Below are positions 46,150 through 59,139 of a stretch of 64,000 bases of DNA, piece after piece. Below the pieces are notes generated by a model. It was not told where the DNA came from. It did no database searches and worked only from the letters and a program-made list of their open reading frames with translations. The stretch is from Psammoneis japonica (Eukaryota). How positions within the stretch are numbered: the stretch's first letter is position 1; each line of letters begins with the position of its first letter. The stretch covers positions 310,001 through 374,000 of the forward strand of contig QPGO01000064.1 of the NCBI GenBank assembly GCA_008632985.1, written 5' to 3'. The position numbers were made by a program, and so were the translations under genes.

Positions 46150-49100
46150 GGCATTTGAAGCCTCATGGAAACTTCAAACGATGCCAAAATAAATGATGAC
46201 GCGAGATCGTTTCGAAAATTGAGAGCGCAGAGTGCCGAGCACCACATCATTTTCAGTTGCCTGCAATGATGGATGATGGCATTGCTGCCTGAGAGTCATC
46301 GAAATGAGTTTTTTGATCCCCCACAGCTGCGTGCAGCAAGAAGCAGGCCGGTTCTTCACACTGCCAATGTTTCAGCACAAGAATGTCCCAACCTCATTGT
46401 GCATTTTCACACAACCAGACAAGTGTTAAAAGGATGTGCACATGCCGCACTGCTCTTGTGGACACTTTGGCATGTCCGCGCGCATGGCAAGGGCAAAAAG
46501 CCAGCCCAAGTGCCTCATGTGCTGTGCGCACATGTCTCTGACTTCTCATTGTCAAGCTTCAGCACAACTCCAGTTGTCAGAGAGCAGCATCAATGGCCAA
46601 GTCAGCAAGGGACACAAGAGCCCCCTGTGAGCTGGCAACAGTTGTTGAGCCAACAAACCCAATGTCATCAAAAGGGAGCTCTCTGAGGTTTTTCCTGTGC
46701 TGCTCGTGGGTCTGACCTCATCATCCACAGAGTTCGCTCATGCTGCAGACAGTCAGGGTCAACAAAAAAAGAAACCATGTGGGGCAATGCAGGGGGGCAA
46801 CAGTGTCTCCAAAAAGCCTCCAACGCGGCAGCAGGGGGGATGTTGTGTGTCTCTGCTGACACAACTGGGTCTTGAACAAAAAGGTCACCAGCACCAGTTT
46901 CCAGCACAAATCTTGCAGATCATTCAAGTCTTGAGTCAAGAACAAATTTGTCAATCAACAAACAATCAAAGTTGAAGGGACACTCAGAGGCGAGCCACTC
47001 AAAAGTTGTCAGGCAAGATGAGGCTGGGGGTGGATGCTCGCCATGGGAATGGCGTGATGCAGTGCAAACGAAAAGAGCAACAGCACCCCACCAGACAAAA
47101 CAGCACCTCGACCACATTTTACTTACCCCTGGTGAAAAACACACCAGACAAAGAAAATGCCTCACAAATGTGCTCAACATTGAAGGAACATGAAAGCAAG
47201 TTGACTGGGCATTGGAGAATGTTCAAATCTTGCTTGGTCACCACAAACAACAAGGCATCTTGGTCAAATCTTGAATGCTCAACAACTTTGTTGACTTCCT
47301 CCACTTTTCCATGTTGTCAACCCCTCCCCTGATCAGGAGCCACAGGGTGATTGTCAGCAAGAATGGTGGTTGGTGGTTGGGAGCATCATGAAATGTGAAA
47401 CACACAACATGTGCCAATGGTCTGGACAGGAGCAGAGTAAAAAGGCTGTGTGGTGGAAGAGGCAATGATGCTCAGCAGCCCTCTTTCTCAGCTGCCCTGC
47501 TTTTGCTGGCCTTGTTTGGATCTTGTCCAGATGATGGAAGGAGCGGCAACATGGTTTGCCAAAAACTGACAATGGCTGAGCAAAATTCTGAGTGGCTCTG
47601 CAAGAAAGTGACCTGGCAATCAACATGTCAGTGGCTGCATCCACAAGCATTGTTGTGTGACAGCATTGCTGAGGCACCAAGCAGCTCAGGTGCAGTCTCC
47701 TTGCCAACACAATGTGATCCATTCAATGGGTGGATGTGACCATCATTGCATGGAACAACAGAGCCACCAGAAAGAAAAAACTTTTTTGGGGGCTGGAGCA
47801 AGCTGGCATCACATGAACATCAGTGGAAAGTGCTGCCAATCAGGTGGACAAAGCACCAGAGAGCCGCTGCCAATCTCTGCAGATGGCTCACTTGCAGGTG
47901 CCGCAACAGATGCAGCAGACTTGACATCCAGTGAATTGGCACTTGCAGGATCCATCTGAACACCCACAGACAAAAAAAACAGAAAACAAAAAAGCTGACT
48001 GGTGTGGTGCACACATCTGTCACAGTCACCAGAAGGTGAAGCACCCTGGCTGCACCAACCTTTTGCACGAAGGAGGTCACACATGCCCTTGTCAAAGCAG
48101 ACATGTGTTCAGCAATCATGACCTGAGAGGTTTCAAAATCATGCCAAGGGACACTGCCTCTTGGCAGCACAACAAAGAAAAATGATCTCTTTTTGATGTT
48201 GGGGCACAACATGGCATGGTGGAGACTGGGCTTTTGGACCCAAACATGACACACAATTTCAACTTTTCAAGTGGTCTTGATGGTGGGTGTGAGCCATGTC
48301 ATGATCTACAGACACATGAAAGATGCAGCAGAACCTCCAGAAGGTGTGCTGGTGGCCAGCAGGTGACATGGTCTCTGACAAGAAGCCCTGCAAAATCTTG
48401 GCTGTGGAAGCACTGCACCACACCACATTTGAGCTGCATGTTGTTCATGCTGAGGTCAGTGGTTGCATCCATCACAGACACCACAAGGTGAACAAACAGC
48501 CTGACTGTGCAGATCCTTGGATGCAGTGGACACAGCAGCACCTCTCCAGAGCACCTGCTGGTGGCCACAGCAAGAAGTGACAAAGGGCCTGACAAGGAAC
48601 CATGTGATGCCATGACAAGATCATCAACATGATCCAATGTGGGGTTGCATCTGCCATTGGAGGGTGGCACAAGTGCTTTGACCAGTCATGTGCAGCATGT
48701 CCTTGGGGGTGCAGCATGAGAGACTTGGGAGCCTCGTCAAAAGCACAGGGACTTGACACATCATCCTCACATGGTCCTGTGACACAAGATCAGACATTGC
48801 AGGTGTTGACAGAGGAATGTTGCCCAATGATGGCAGAGACAAAGATGATTGTTTGGGTGCTTGTGGCTCAAGGGCAAACTTGCTCCAGCCCTTGCAGCTC
48901 CACTGCATGTGTCAGAGTTGAAGCATGTGTGCTTCATGCCAATTGTGCAGTGGCCGCCATTGCCTCACAAGCCTTGAGAGCAATTTGGATCTTCTGCTCA
49001 AGCATTTGTCTTGAGAGGTGAGATGGCATGGAGTCACCACCCACTGGAGACTGCACTTTGAGAGCAGCTTGCCTGAAGACTGAGTCAGTGCCTGCTGCAT

Positions 49101-49230
49101 CCTTGGGGTTCTGTGTTTGAGACAGGAAAAGCTCATGAAGGCCGTGGCCCCTGTCCTTGGCCTGGGTGTGTTTCTCGTCTTTAGAAAACTGATCCAGGTC
49201 AAGAATTGTTTCGCCGCGAGTGCTGCTCAG
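46150..49230. mobile_element. Hypermutated tract C (TpA/CpG-depleted), probably TE-derived
   Basis: TA nearly absent, CG rare in the core, TG/CA-rich, spurious Cys/His-rich ORFs; no recognisable protein family. Confidence 0.6.
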
Positions 49231-49610
49231 GAACTCAGGAACTCCATGGATTCAGGGAGATGTCGGTGTTCCTGAAATACAACGTCGATGAAAGCGAGGG
49301 CATCAACGGTCCCAGCGCCATTCATGGTCCGAATGATGGTCAAAGGACATGACAACTACGAGCACACCGTAGCTGACACATTCCATGGGCGATTGCAACC
49401 ACCAAATGATTGAGAGGCTCCTTATCTGCAAGCATTCAATGGTATTTGAGTTACGGGTATTGCTCTGACGGAGAAGTGCTGCACCTCGTTCTACGTTCGT
49501 TCCAATAAAAGGACTATCTCTCAAAGTAGATAAAAAGAGAAACTATACACATTATGAATTATGAGCATACTTACCTTGCTTACCTTACCTACTGTATTTC
49601 TTCACTTCCC

Positions 49611-50687
49611 TCACCAGTTGACAAGTTGTTCCATCGAGACAACCGTGATTCTTCCAAACATGGAATCGACTCGCTCTTCAACCGACTTGATAAGAAACTT
49701 TGTGCCTGGCCGAAACAATACTTCACATTCATGCTGATTCTTTTTGAGTGCCAACGCTTTTACGTCCAAGCCCGTCTTGCTCTCAATCTCGAAGAGAGTA
49801 TTGCAGCCGCCTTCACCGGTGATAAACCTCTTGCACTTTTCCTTCTTGCGAGATGAACTCAGAAAGGCTGGGTCGGAAAAGGTGCCACCAGGCTTCAACG
49901 AATCGTATAAATCTTGCGATAGCTCCGTACCACGATACACAACACCATTGAAGGAGTTCAGCTTTGGACAGTGCTGGAGGGCGTGATCCACGTTGCTGGC
50001 TCGTGACTTCAACAATTCGGGATTCAACAACGTTTGCTGGCCACGAAGGAACTTGTTAATCTCCGAGTACCCCGAGCCTGTGTAATCCTGGATCGCAAGC
50101 TTATCCGCTTTGTCTTGCCGACGCTTCTTCGTTGTATGCAGTCTCTTGATATCTTTGTACACCTTCTTCATCAAGATTGCTCGTGACTCGACGCGTCTCT
50201 TCTTTTCTCGAACGAAATCTTGAACGGCTCGGCACAACTGGATCCTTTCAGCAATCTTCCGACGACATTCCAACAAAATCAAGAGCCATCTGAGAGGGAA
50301 AGTGGGACGATATGGTACGATCTGCATAGAAGAGAACGAAGGAGAAACAGAATCGGTGAGTCGTAAAGTAAGAGGGAAATTGCAAGAACCGGCAACGGCC
50401 CGCTGTGCCACTACAAGAGAAGATCTCAAGCCAGGCGAGAGTGTAGCAGTCAGCGAACGTCTCATTCCGAATCCCATGGGGACCGTCATGGTGGTGGGTA
50501 ACTCAACAAACGCCAAATGTTGCCCACCAGCGATCGATGCAAAAGGACGCTGCTGCCGAGTCACGAAAACCGCAGTAGCAAGCACAGTTCTTTGTTGTGG
50601 GTCATGAACTGCAATACCCATCACGCCAGAACGAAGCTGGGTGCAAAAGCGAGAGCGCATGTATCGAGTTGATAGCATAAAAAGCAT
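49611..50687 (-). CDS. R-S-E-type (C2/C3/VIP2 exotoxin-like) mono-ADP-ribosyltransferase domain protein
   Basis: AIQDYTGSGYSEINKFLRG helix, VVYRG (catalytic R), FSDPAFLSSS (S), HECEVLFRPGTKF (ExE); intronless and intact. Confidence 0.85.
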   Translation of the reverse strand: MLFMLSTRYMRSRFCTQLRSGVMGIAVHDPQQRTVLATAVFVTRQQRPFASIAGGQHLAFVELPTTMTVPMGFGMRRSLTATLSPGLRSSLVVAQRAVAGSCNFPLTLRLTDSVSPSFSSMQIVPYRPTFPLRWLLILLECRRKIAERIQLCRAVQDFVREKKRRVESRAILMKKVYKDIKRLHTTKKRRQDKADKLAIQDYTGSGYSEINKFLRGQQTLLNPELLKSRASNVDHALQHCPKLNSFNGVVYRGTELSQDLYDSLKPGGTFSDPAFLSSSRKKEKCKRFITGEGGCNTLFEIESKTGLDVKALALKKNQHECEVLFRPGTKFLIKSVEERVDSMFGRITVVSMEQLVNW

Positions 50688-51622
50688 AACTGCAATAGCA
50701 AGGGGTACAACCGTAACTCTACAACGAGCAAGAGGATTGTGAGAACTTCAGCAGCAGAACTGATTTTCCGATTGCGCCGTGATGGTCTGTGGTGGGATTG
50801 CTTGTGGTACTGATTCTACGTATTTCTACGCAGTGATTTTTGAAACTGCAGGTTTGCCCTCCATTTACCCTCGCCGAAAGTCTCGCCAAAAGCTGGTTGC
50901 TTGAGGTAGGTTCGATCAAAATTTTGTCGTGAAATGAGGTTCGTTTGAAAAAAGTTCATCGGAAACTGCTGCTTGCGAATGTGTGGGTTTCGGGCGTCAT
51001 ATGCACCCAGACGTAGGAGCGAGTTGACCGCCTGATGGATGCTTGACGACACCATTCTACCGTATGGATTTGTAGCAAGCGAATAGACGAGTAGGCCCTA
51101 GCTGTTGAGCTACATGGAGCCGTCCGATATCTAGGCTCATTGAATTTTGCGCCTCTCTAGAGTGCAGTCTAGCTAATAAGAAAATGCTGGGGCTAGAGTA
51201 GAAGTAAAGTAACAACCCAGTACGATGACAATAGTAAATACCTATACGTTTCCCCTGTTCTCTGTTGACAAACGGAAAGACCGGTGCTCCAACGTCGGAC
51301 CTCCACTTGTCATACTATGCTTCTTGTTCCCCATACCTTTCAAGCTGTTATTGGTCTAACCGTTTTGAAGCCTAAGTCATAATGAAGTATACTGTTGGCA
51401 CCAAAGCTCGACACACCGCTGACCGCCAATAAGCTTCACCAAAACATCGTTCGATAGACTCGCATGAAAATAAATTCAAGAGAAGTACAGAAATCGCGAT
51501 GAAGCATTTGAAATGAATCATGATATTATAACCCCCCTACCCCCACCCCGCTAAGCACTCAAGGCAAAGTGCGTATTCTCTAGATACCTACTAGTACTTA
51601 GTCCAAACTCGAATCCAAGCCT

Positions 51623-53189
51623 TTACAAAGATTGAACAAAGCAACCAACAGCCGACAAAAGCAAAATAAGAAAAGAAGGGTTGATGGTGGCACAGGATGA
51701 CATTGGCTCGTGACTTTCGACTGTTTCCTTGTTGTCGATTATTGGTTCCAATTCAGGATAAACTGGCGGCTCCGTCGGTGCTGTCAGCGTTGGCAAGGAT
51801 TCTTCTTCCTCTTCCACCACCGTGATGTTGCCATTTAATAAAGGAAGAATGTCAAGTCGAGCCTGACACTTGTCCTCATCAAATTCCAGGCATAGAAATG
51901 TCGCTTGATTCCGGAGAGAGTCTGCCAAGAGATCCCCAGAAGTCACCAAAAATGCGTCGCTGCAACTATACTGTGGTTGGGACACGGTATTGTCCTTTCC
52001 AAAGTTGTTGGAAAGATGATTGGTCGAGTACTCCATCACAATCGGGACAACACATTGTCATTTCCAACAAAGCATGATCGAGTGACATTGATTGTACCGT
52101 GATACGAGTCGATACAAAAAGTAAAATCGGACTGCAGCAATTACCGAGGAAAGAAACCAAGAGAAAACAAAAAGGTGAGAGGCACGCTTTTATTCTAAAT
52201 CAATGAAGTGAAAAGGTATGATGATTGAAGCTTACATATCTGGAAGCTTCTGATGGTGTAAAGGTTTGATGGTTATTGCCAAAATAGCTGTCTGTGACGA
52301 TCAAATCACCAAATGTATTGGTGAGAGCGCCAAACAAGAGCACGTTTTCCTGTTGTGCATTTAGAAGCAGCAGAAAAGGAGTTAGTCAGTCATCGCCAAA
52401 GACGCAGTTCGTTTCCTTATCAGTTTGGCTTACGGTGAAGGTGCACCCATGAAACTCCACTTGAAGGTTGGAACGGAACTGTGTGTTCAATTCACGTCTT
52501 TTCCTTACTTCGTCCTCGTCTATTGCGTGAATCAACTCTCGTGGCCGATAGTGCAAGGCCCCGTTGATGCTATCAAGTTTCCTCTCTAGTGGTCGGTGGG
52601 ATGGCTTTTTACGTTGAATACCAGTTGGCTTTACACTCGTTGTAAATATGGTCTCAGCGACGTTTCTCACCCAGTGACAGTCAACAAACCTTACAGAGGC
52701 ATGGCTTTCCACGAGGACCGACACATCGCCTAGCTCGTCCTCGTTGCTATTCTCCCCAGAAGACCCCATGACTTGCATGTCTGTAAACGTAATACCCCGA
52801 ACTTCAACATTCTCCACCTTGGCCTCTGTCGTCGGTGAAGTAACAAGCACTTGATATCCGTGATTGTCTAGTCGCACTCCCACTCCACTTAGTACGCACT
52901 TGTTGTTGGAAGACCCATCATGACCGCAAGATATAGTAGTGTTGGAAGTAAAGATTTCCAGAAGAGCCCGGCCAGTGTTGGACGATGACTCAAAATGAGT
53001 ATCTGGGCAAAGTACAAAGGTTCTCTGCTGCTCACCACTGCTCGCCTGCTCGTGTAGTGCGGCAACTTGATCGTTGAAAATGTCCTCCAAGTCATCAATA
53101 CAGTCGCTCAACTCTCTCCCGTGCGCCACTGTCAGGCACAACAACAAAGACAAAGGTACGAGGAACGATGTACTGACAAGATATCTCAT
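51623..53189 (-). CDS. Secreted, probably GPI-anchored diatom-type surface protein (multi-exon)
   Basis: Signal peptide MRYLVSTSFLVPLSLLLCLTVAHG; TFVLCPDT..NTTISCGHDGSSNNKCVLSG motif; beta-helix-like FVDCHW and FHGCTF; hydrophobic C-terminus SS..FLILLLSAVGCFVQSL. Confidence 0.65.
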
Positions 53190-54786
53190 CCTTGTTTCCC
53201 AACCTGACTTGCGGCGCAACCGGCAACACCTCACAATCGTGGTTGTCGGGATGCGTGCGGGTGGAATACTGTAATCTTTTTTGGCGGGGGATTCCAAGCG
53301 TTATCTTGGCGATATTAAAACCTTGGACTTTAATAAAGCATATACTTTATCCTCATATGCAAACTTTTAGCATTTAATAAAAATTCTCAACGTCCAACAT
53401 CCGAATTGCCTCCACATTTTCGACGAGTGAATCGAAATTCGCAACTCAACGTGTCTACCGAAATAACGTTTTGTTGCGGACTTCCCAATGACGGGAACCC
53501 AAGAAATGGCGTTTTGAGGAAAGCCAGCAGCATTCCTTCAGATCGATGGCTCTCTCTCTCGAAAGCCCCCAATCTCAAACGCAGCAAGCACAAAAACTAG
53601 ATAGTTACTTTCAAAAATATCGCCGACGACCCCACCATGTGGTATGTGGTAATCGGCGTCATGCTAGAGAGACCATAGTGCATCAACAGGTTTGGATGAC
53701 GATGTCGCCGAGTGTTTGAGTCGCTATACATGCAAATGCTTGACTGCCATTCCACACTACATGAATCAGTTTCCATGAGTTTCTATTTAGAATTCTTTGT
53801 TCAAATCATGAGTAACTCTCCATCCATTCAGTTTTGTCATCTGCTTCTCTTCATAACTCACAAATGGGAAGGCTGCAACGAGCATGTCTTTAGAGAGATA
53901 GATAGAGAGAAAGTAAGAGAGACAGAGAATCCTTCTGAAGCAAAGTAGCAATCGAGTTGCTGTGGTTGAGGATTTGCAGATTTAGAAAGGACGATAAAGG
54001 AAGGCTGAAGAAAATTCATTCCAGTTTCATGGCGGAGCTGTCGTTATGAAAGAAAGTGATTCTAGCCGTCGCAGAAAGCACATCCGAAAGAAGGTGTGAC
54101 CGATATTGCCTCCGTTTGATATAACGGAAGCGATTTTCTAGGAAATATCTTTTCTTCCTTTATGTAAGGCACTCTGTAGAGAGTAAACTAGAGTAGGGTA
54201 TGGTGTGATAGGAGGCACCAGAAGAACCATGGATATATTGCTACGAACCTTCGAGAATCTGCAACGACGATACCCATTGAACGATGGCCGAGGCGTTTTT
54301 TGGAGGTTGCGTTGGTTCTTCCATTTCTATGCTTTGCAGTAATTTAAATAGTCGCGGCGAGGCTGTTTAAACGAAACGAAATATTCTACTCTAGAAGAGG
54401 TTCTAGAGAAGAGGTTCTAGACAGATATATAGCTCGCATGTGGTGTCACGCCGCACTTTCTTTTTTGGAATACTTTTTTCGGAGGTATGGCAGCTACCGT
54501 ACTGTACAGATAGACGCTTCACCTTCATCAACATTCCATGGTTTTCAGGGCTTTCAGTATTGAGTATTGAAATTACCTTAACTCTAGCTTCTCAATCTAA
54601 CGAGGTTGAGAGTTGAGACAAGCGACGTAGAGCTACCTTCTGTACGCGGTATTGTATTCTGCATTCTAGTCCCAGGCAAGCAGCTTACTGCTGTAGAAAC
54701 AAATGGAGCATCCTGAACCATTTCCGGTATTCAGTTCGTTTTCGTGCAGAACCGCCTTTTATACAGAAGGTATCACGCTCCGCAAT

Positions 54787-55074
54787 CTACCACCATCCGT
54801 TCTTGGCCCGTTCCAGCTTTCGTTTCTCATTTTCAGCTTTCCGACACCTTCGATAGGCTTCGAAATACCCCTCACATTTCTCCCTTTCTGTATAATTTTC
54901 ATTGATACAATTCAAGGACTCCCCGTGCTCTCGACTACAACTCGTGCTGAACTTTGACGATTGTCCACTTGTCTGCAGCGGTTGTCCGTAATTGTGCTGG
55001 TGGGGTTCGGGACTCACATATTCATCAATCTTTTTGATCTTATCCATGTCTTCTTGTGTCAATGGCTTCTTCAT
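54787..55074 (-). CDS. Twin CX9C (CHCH) mitochondrial intermembrane-space protein, COX23-like
   Basis: C-x9-C-x10-C-x9-C pattern: CSREHGESLNCINENYTEREKCEGYFEAYRRC. Confidence 0.8.
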   Translation of the reverse strand: MKKPLTQEDMDKIKKIDEYVSPEPHQHNYGQPLQTSGQSSKFSTSCSREHGESLNCINENYTEREKCEGYFEAYRRCRKAENEKRKLERAKNGWW

Positions 55075-55586
55075 GGTTTTAAAATATCAAGTAGTTGCTA
55101 CGGTTGATCACAATGACTGAGAGTAAGTGGACGAGAGAGAGATAGAGACTGCGACAACAGCTGACGACAGCAACAATAATAAGTAACAACCCCATGATGA
55201 GCCGCCGCGATCCGCGATGCGATGAGCAATACAGTAATGAGTCAGTCCCACAGGAAGGGCGGACGGACGTAATTTCACATAAAAGTAAGCACACCTATCT
55301 TGCATAACGCTCACACGTCACGTCGCTCCGTGACTTGGTACATCCGGGTTTTGAGTCCCACTCTTGAGCGAAAACAATTTGGCCCAACGGATTTCGAAAA
55401 CGCGTAGAAATGTACGTGAAGTTTGTACCAGGCACAACATACGAACATCGTTGTTCGTGATGAACACAGTGGAATTCGCGCCTGCCAGAAGGAAGCGATT
55501 TGTGCGGCGATTCACCTCATAACAAGGCATGCAGAAACAACCGTAACCAACCATACTAACAGTCTCCCTATTATATAAGAACGACA

Positions 55587-56885
55587 ATGTCGGATAAGCA
55601 GCATCATGATCGTAGTAGTGAAGCAGTACAGCCGGATGGTCCCGTTATGAGGAGCGTCATGATGGCGCCTCCTTCTGAGCCAGCGTTATCAATGAGACGA
55701 AGTATTTCGCCGATTGCACAGAAAGCAGCTCCAACGCGACTCGTAGGGATCCCCAAACCAAAGTCATGGAACACTCAACCCAGCACTCCTATTAGTACTA
55801 AGACACCAGTCGTAGAAGAGAAGCGATGGAATGTGACCAACATACCTGAACTGCCACACTTGTACCCACTCGAAACATGCCAATCGGTCTCTGTTACCAA
55901 CGCTTCTCCTCAACTCCTCTCGAGTCGTATCTGCTCTAGTCTCAAGCAGCAGTCGATTCACATCACTTCTCACGAGGTACGGCGACTTTGAAGCGACTCA
56001 TGGTTGCTTAAAGGACTCTGAAATGTGTTTCTTACGCTTGCTCTCTTTCTGACACCTCTGTGAATACAGTCAAGCAGTCTTGAAGCTGAAACTAGCAATC
56101 ACGTCAAGTTTCGCCTTCAGTTGTTCACCTCCAAGAACAATACGACGCTTGTAACTCTTCAGCGCCGTTGTGGGTGCTGTATACAATACCACCAAGTCGC
56201 AAGAGCTCTCTTGGAAGCTCTTACCGCCACCATCCCTTCGTCTTCTTCAAGCCCAAGAAGACCCATGCCCAAGCCCCGTTCTTTTGCAGTCTCGGATAGC
56301 ATCAAGCAAGCACACGCTGCCAAGCAAAAGAAGGGAGAACAAGAAGAAGCACTCGAGATTGCTCTCGAGATGATTCAGAACGATAGACTCGACGCTCAGC
56401 TACTGGGAATGCAGAGCCTCGTTTGTCTTTCGAAATGCACCGAGTCCAAGCTCATCTCCTGTACCAAAGTTATGGATGTTCTATCCAGCCTTATTTGTGT
56501 CAAGAGACTGCCCAGCACTGGCAATGACAGCGAGTCGGATGACTTGTTTGACTTTGAATTGGACCATGCCAATCAAATGCACCGTTGTGCCTTGACAGTC
56601 TTGTCCAATGCCCTCTCCTCCAACATGAGCAGCAAGACCGTCTCGCTCGACGAGACACTCCTTCGTACACTGATTGAGATTCTGGGAGACGCACCTCGTG
56701 CCCCCCATGAAGCTTGCTGTGCGGCCAAGTGTCTTCGATATGCAACGACTACTCAATTCTGCGACAACAAGGACTATCACGATGTTTATCACTCCGCCAT
56801 GGAGGTGGCGTTCGAGACGGGAAGTCAAGAGCACGCCAATCTAATGCGTTGTACCCAAGAGCTAATGGATGCAACTACTCAATAA
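55587..56885 (+). CDS. Hypothetical two-exon protein (possible KA1-like fold plus helical repeat region)
   Basis: Intron 55977-56069 (GT..AG) joins ORFs 55587 and 56121 in frame; typical coding composition. Confidence 0.65.
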
Positions 56886-57039
56886 TACTTAACATAAACT
56901 AGAGATGGTGACCTTGAGCAGAACATACCTTGACTTTCGTACTATCCACTTGAGTAGGTCAAAGGCGATTTCTTGAAAGCTATGATGGATGAAAGAACGT
57001 AGTCACTGGTGTATGATTCGCTCGAGATTCGCTGTTGCA

Positions 57040-58700
57040 AATTGAAGGAGCAGCAGTCGAGTCAGCGGAGGAGACCTGGACGTGGCGACGGCCCTCGAGA
57101 TTGTGATTGGTCTGAAGAATGCAATTGCAATCAGGCGTTTTAAGGTCTGCAGCGTGACAAACAAGAACAGAAAGGAGGTGTCGTGTCAAGACGATCTTGA
57201 ACATATGTTGCATGAGCACATTTGTCATTGCAACTTTGTGAGTTGGAAATCCAAGGTTCGAGAGGATTCTCTCTGAACAAAGGAGCAGTTGGTGGTTCTA
57301 TGTTTCAAGACAATCTTTGTGCACTGCATCAGAGTGGCTGCACATCCTGCAAATTTAGGAGCAGGAATCGAGTGTCGGGAAGCGTGACGAGCAAAAGAAT
57401 GAGATGCTGTCGAACGTTAAAAACTTGTTTCAAAATGCATCAGTTCACATCCCTGACTGTGTGACTGGCAGTTGGCTTTGTCAAGCTCTTTCTAGAAGGC
57501 AGAAGAGCTCAGGGAATTAGCACAAAATGTGTTGAGAGCAACATCGGCAACTTGCGCCATTTGAGCATTGCAGGAAATCGATTTGTGCATCATGTTGAAA
57601 GTGCTGGGAAAATCTCAAAACCATTCTGCAGCTGCTGCAGTGCAGTCCTGCACGTTCGTGCCATTCCAATGCTGGTGCCAAATCAAAGGAACTTGGTTTT
57701 CTTTGGTTGTGCCAAGACGACACTGTCACCAAAGGACAAACCATCTTTAGAAATCACATTCTGTGACTCAACGCCAGCAGATCAATGAATGTGCACAGGT
57801 TTCCTTCAATGATCAACTGTGGGCAACCCTCTACAATGAATGCTCCACACAGCACATTTTCTGGAGTTTTGCTCTCTCCAAAGCATGCTTTTTTTTACTT
57901 GGCTCTCTCACATCTTGGTGATTGGCATCATGCATCAGAAAGCCATTCTGTTGCAGAAGGATCATGTCGTTGGGCTCTCAGCAGGGACTCTGTTGTTGTT
58001 CTTTGCATCAGACTGAGGACCAAGCTGCGCACAAGAAAACAGAAATGTCTGGGGCTGCACATGCCATCTTTCAACAACAAAGAGTCCCTGCTGCAATGGC
58101 AAACTGACACAAACAGACATGAGACATCCTCAAAGTTGCTTTTCCCACCTTGTGCTGATGATGAAAAACAATGCAGTGACAGCAGCAAGCAACTTCCTGT
58201 GGTTTGAGCCTTGCACGTTCATCAATGCCCACCCCATCATGTGGAATTTCTGCTGTCTTATGCTGCACATGATGGCTGCACAACACATGAGGCTGCGTGC
58301 TGCAACCATGACCTTCCGATGGCAGGGAGGAGAACAAGACATTCAATTTGACGCTGAAGCCATTCGCGTCTCGTCCACCCACCCCCTGCCTCTCTCTTCG
58401 AATGTTGATCCAGTGACATTTGACATTTGATGGAAACATGAGAGGGTGCATCTCTTTGGACTTTGGGAATGAAAAAGCAATGGAAATTTCACTCCGAAGT
58501 GTGCATTCTTGGATCGTCAGAATTGCCGACAAAGTCATGTGTCATGCGCACAAGCTGTTCACTTTGGGACATCTTCTCGGTTCAGAGGGGAGTGCAGTTG
58601 AAGCAAGAGGAACAGGCAACCACATTCTAGTGACTGCTATGAAGTACACCATATTGGTCTTGCCAACGAAGAAGCAAGAAGCTCCGACCATCCACACCAC
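57040..58700. mobile_element. Hypermutated tract D (TpA-depleted, partly CpG-depleted)
   Basis: Few TA dinucleotides, TG/CA-rich; CG survives at the left edge. Confidence 0.55.
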
Positions 58701-59139
58701 ACACAGAAATGCGTGTAAAAAAATGCGGGTGAAAAAATGAAAAAAAATGTGAACGATTTGGTCGCGCACGCTCAAAATTTGAAATTATTTTAAAGCCTGA
58801 ATATCGTTTATAAATTTTTCAACAAAACGGGATTCAACGGACATTTTGATGTATAAATTTTTGAATAAAAATACCGAAAAGGTACGACTGAAAAAAGTGA
58901 ACGGCATGTTTGCGTTTTTCGTTGACGAGAAAGAGTATGAAGCATCATCGCTCGCAGTTTCCGATCACGCCATCGCGTTCTGCGTCTGCGGTTTGCATGA
59001 TGTTGCTTTCGCGAAGCTTTACCGGTACCTATGCGATACCGAGGGCTACAGTATCTATCGCCTCCTGTCTTTCAAGCGCTTCGATGCTTTAGAATACCAG
59101 GTAATCAAGTAGTGTGCCTGCATCCCTTGTTCTGAAACC

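Noticed and set aside
53300..54700. Long intergenic stretch checked for RNA genes or hidden ORFs
   Set aside because: No recognisable tRNA/rRNA structure or convincing coding signal seen by eye.
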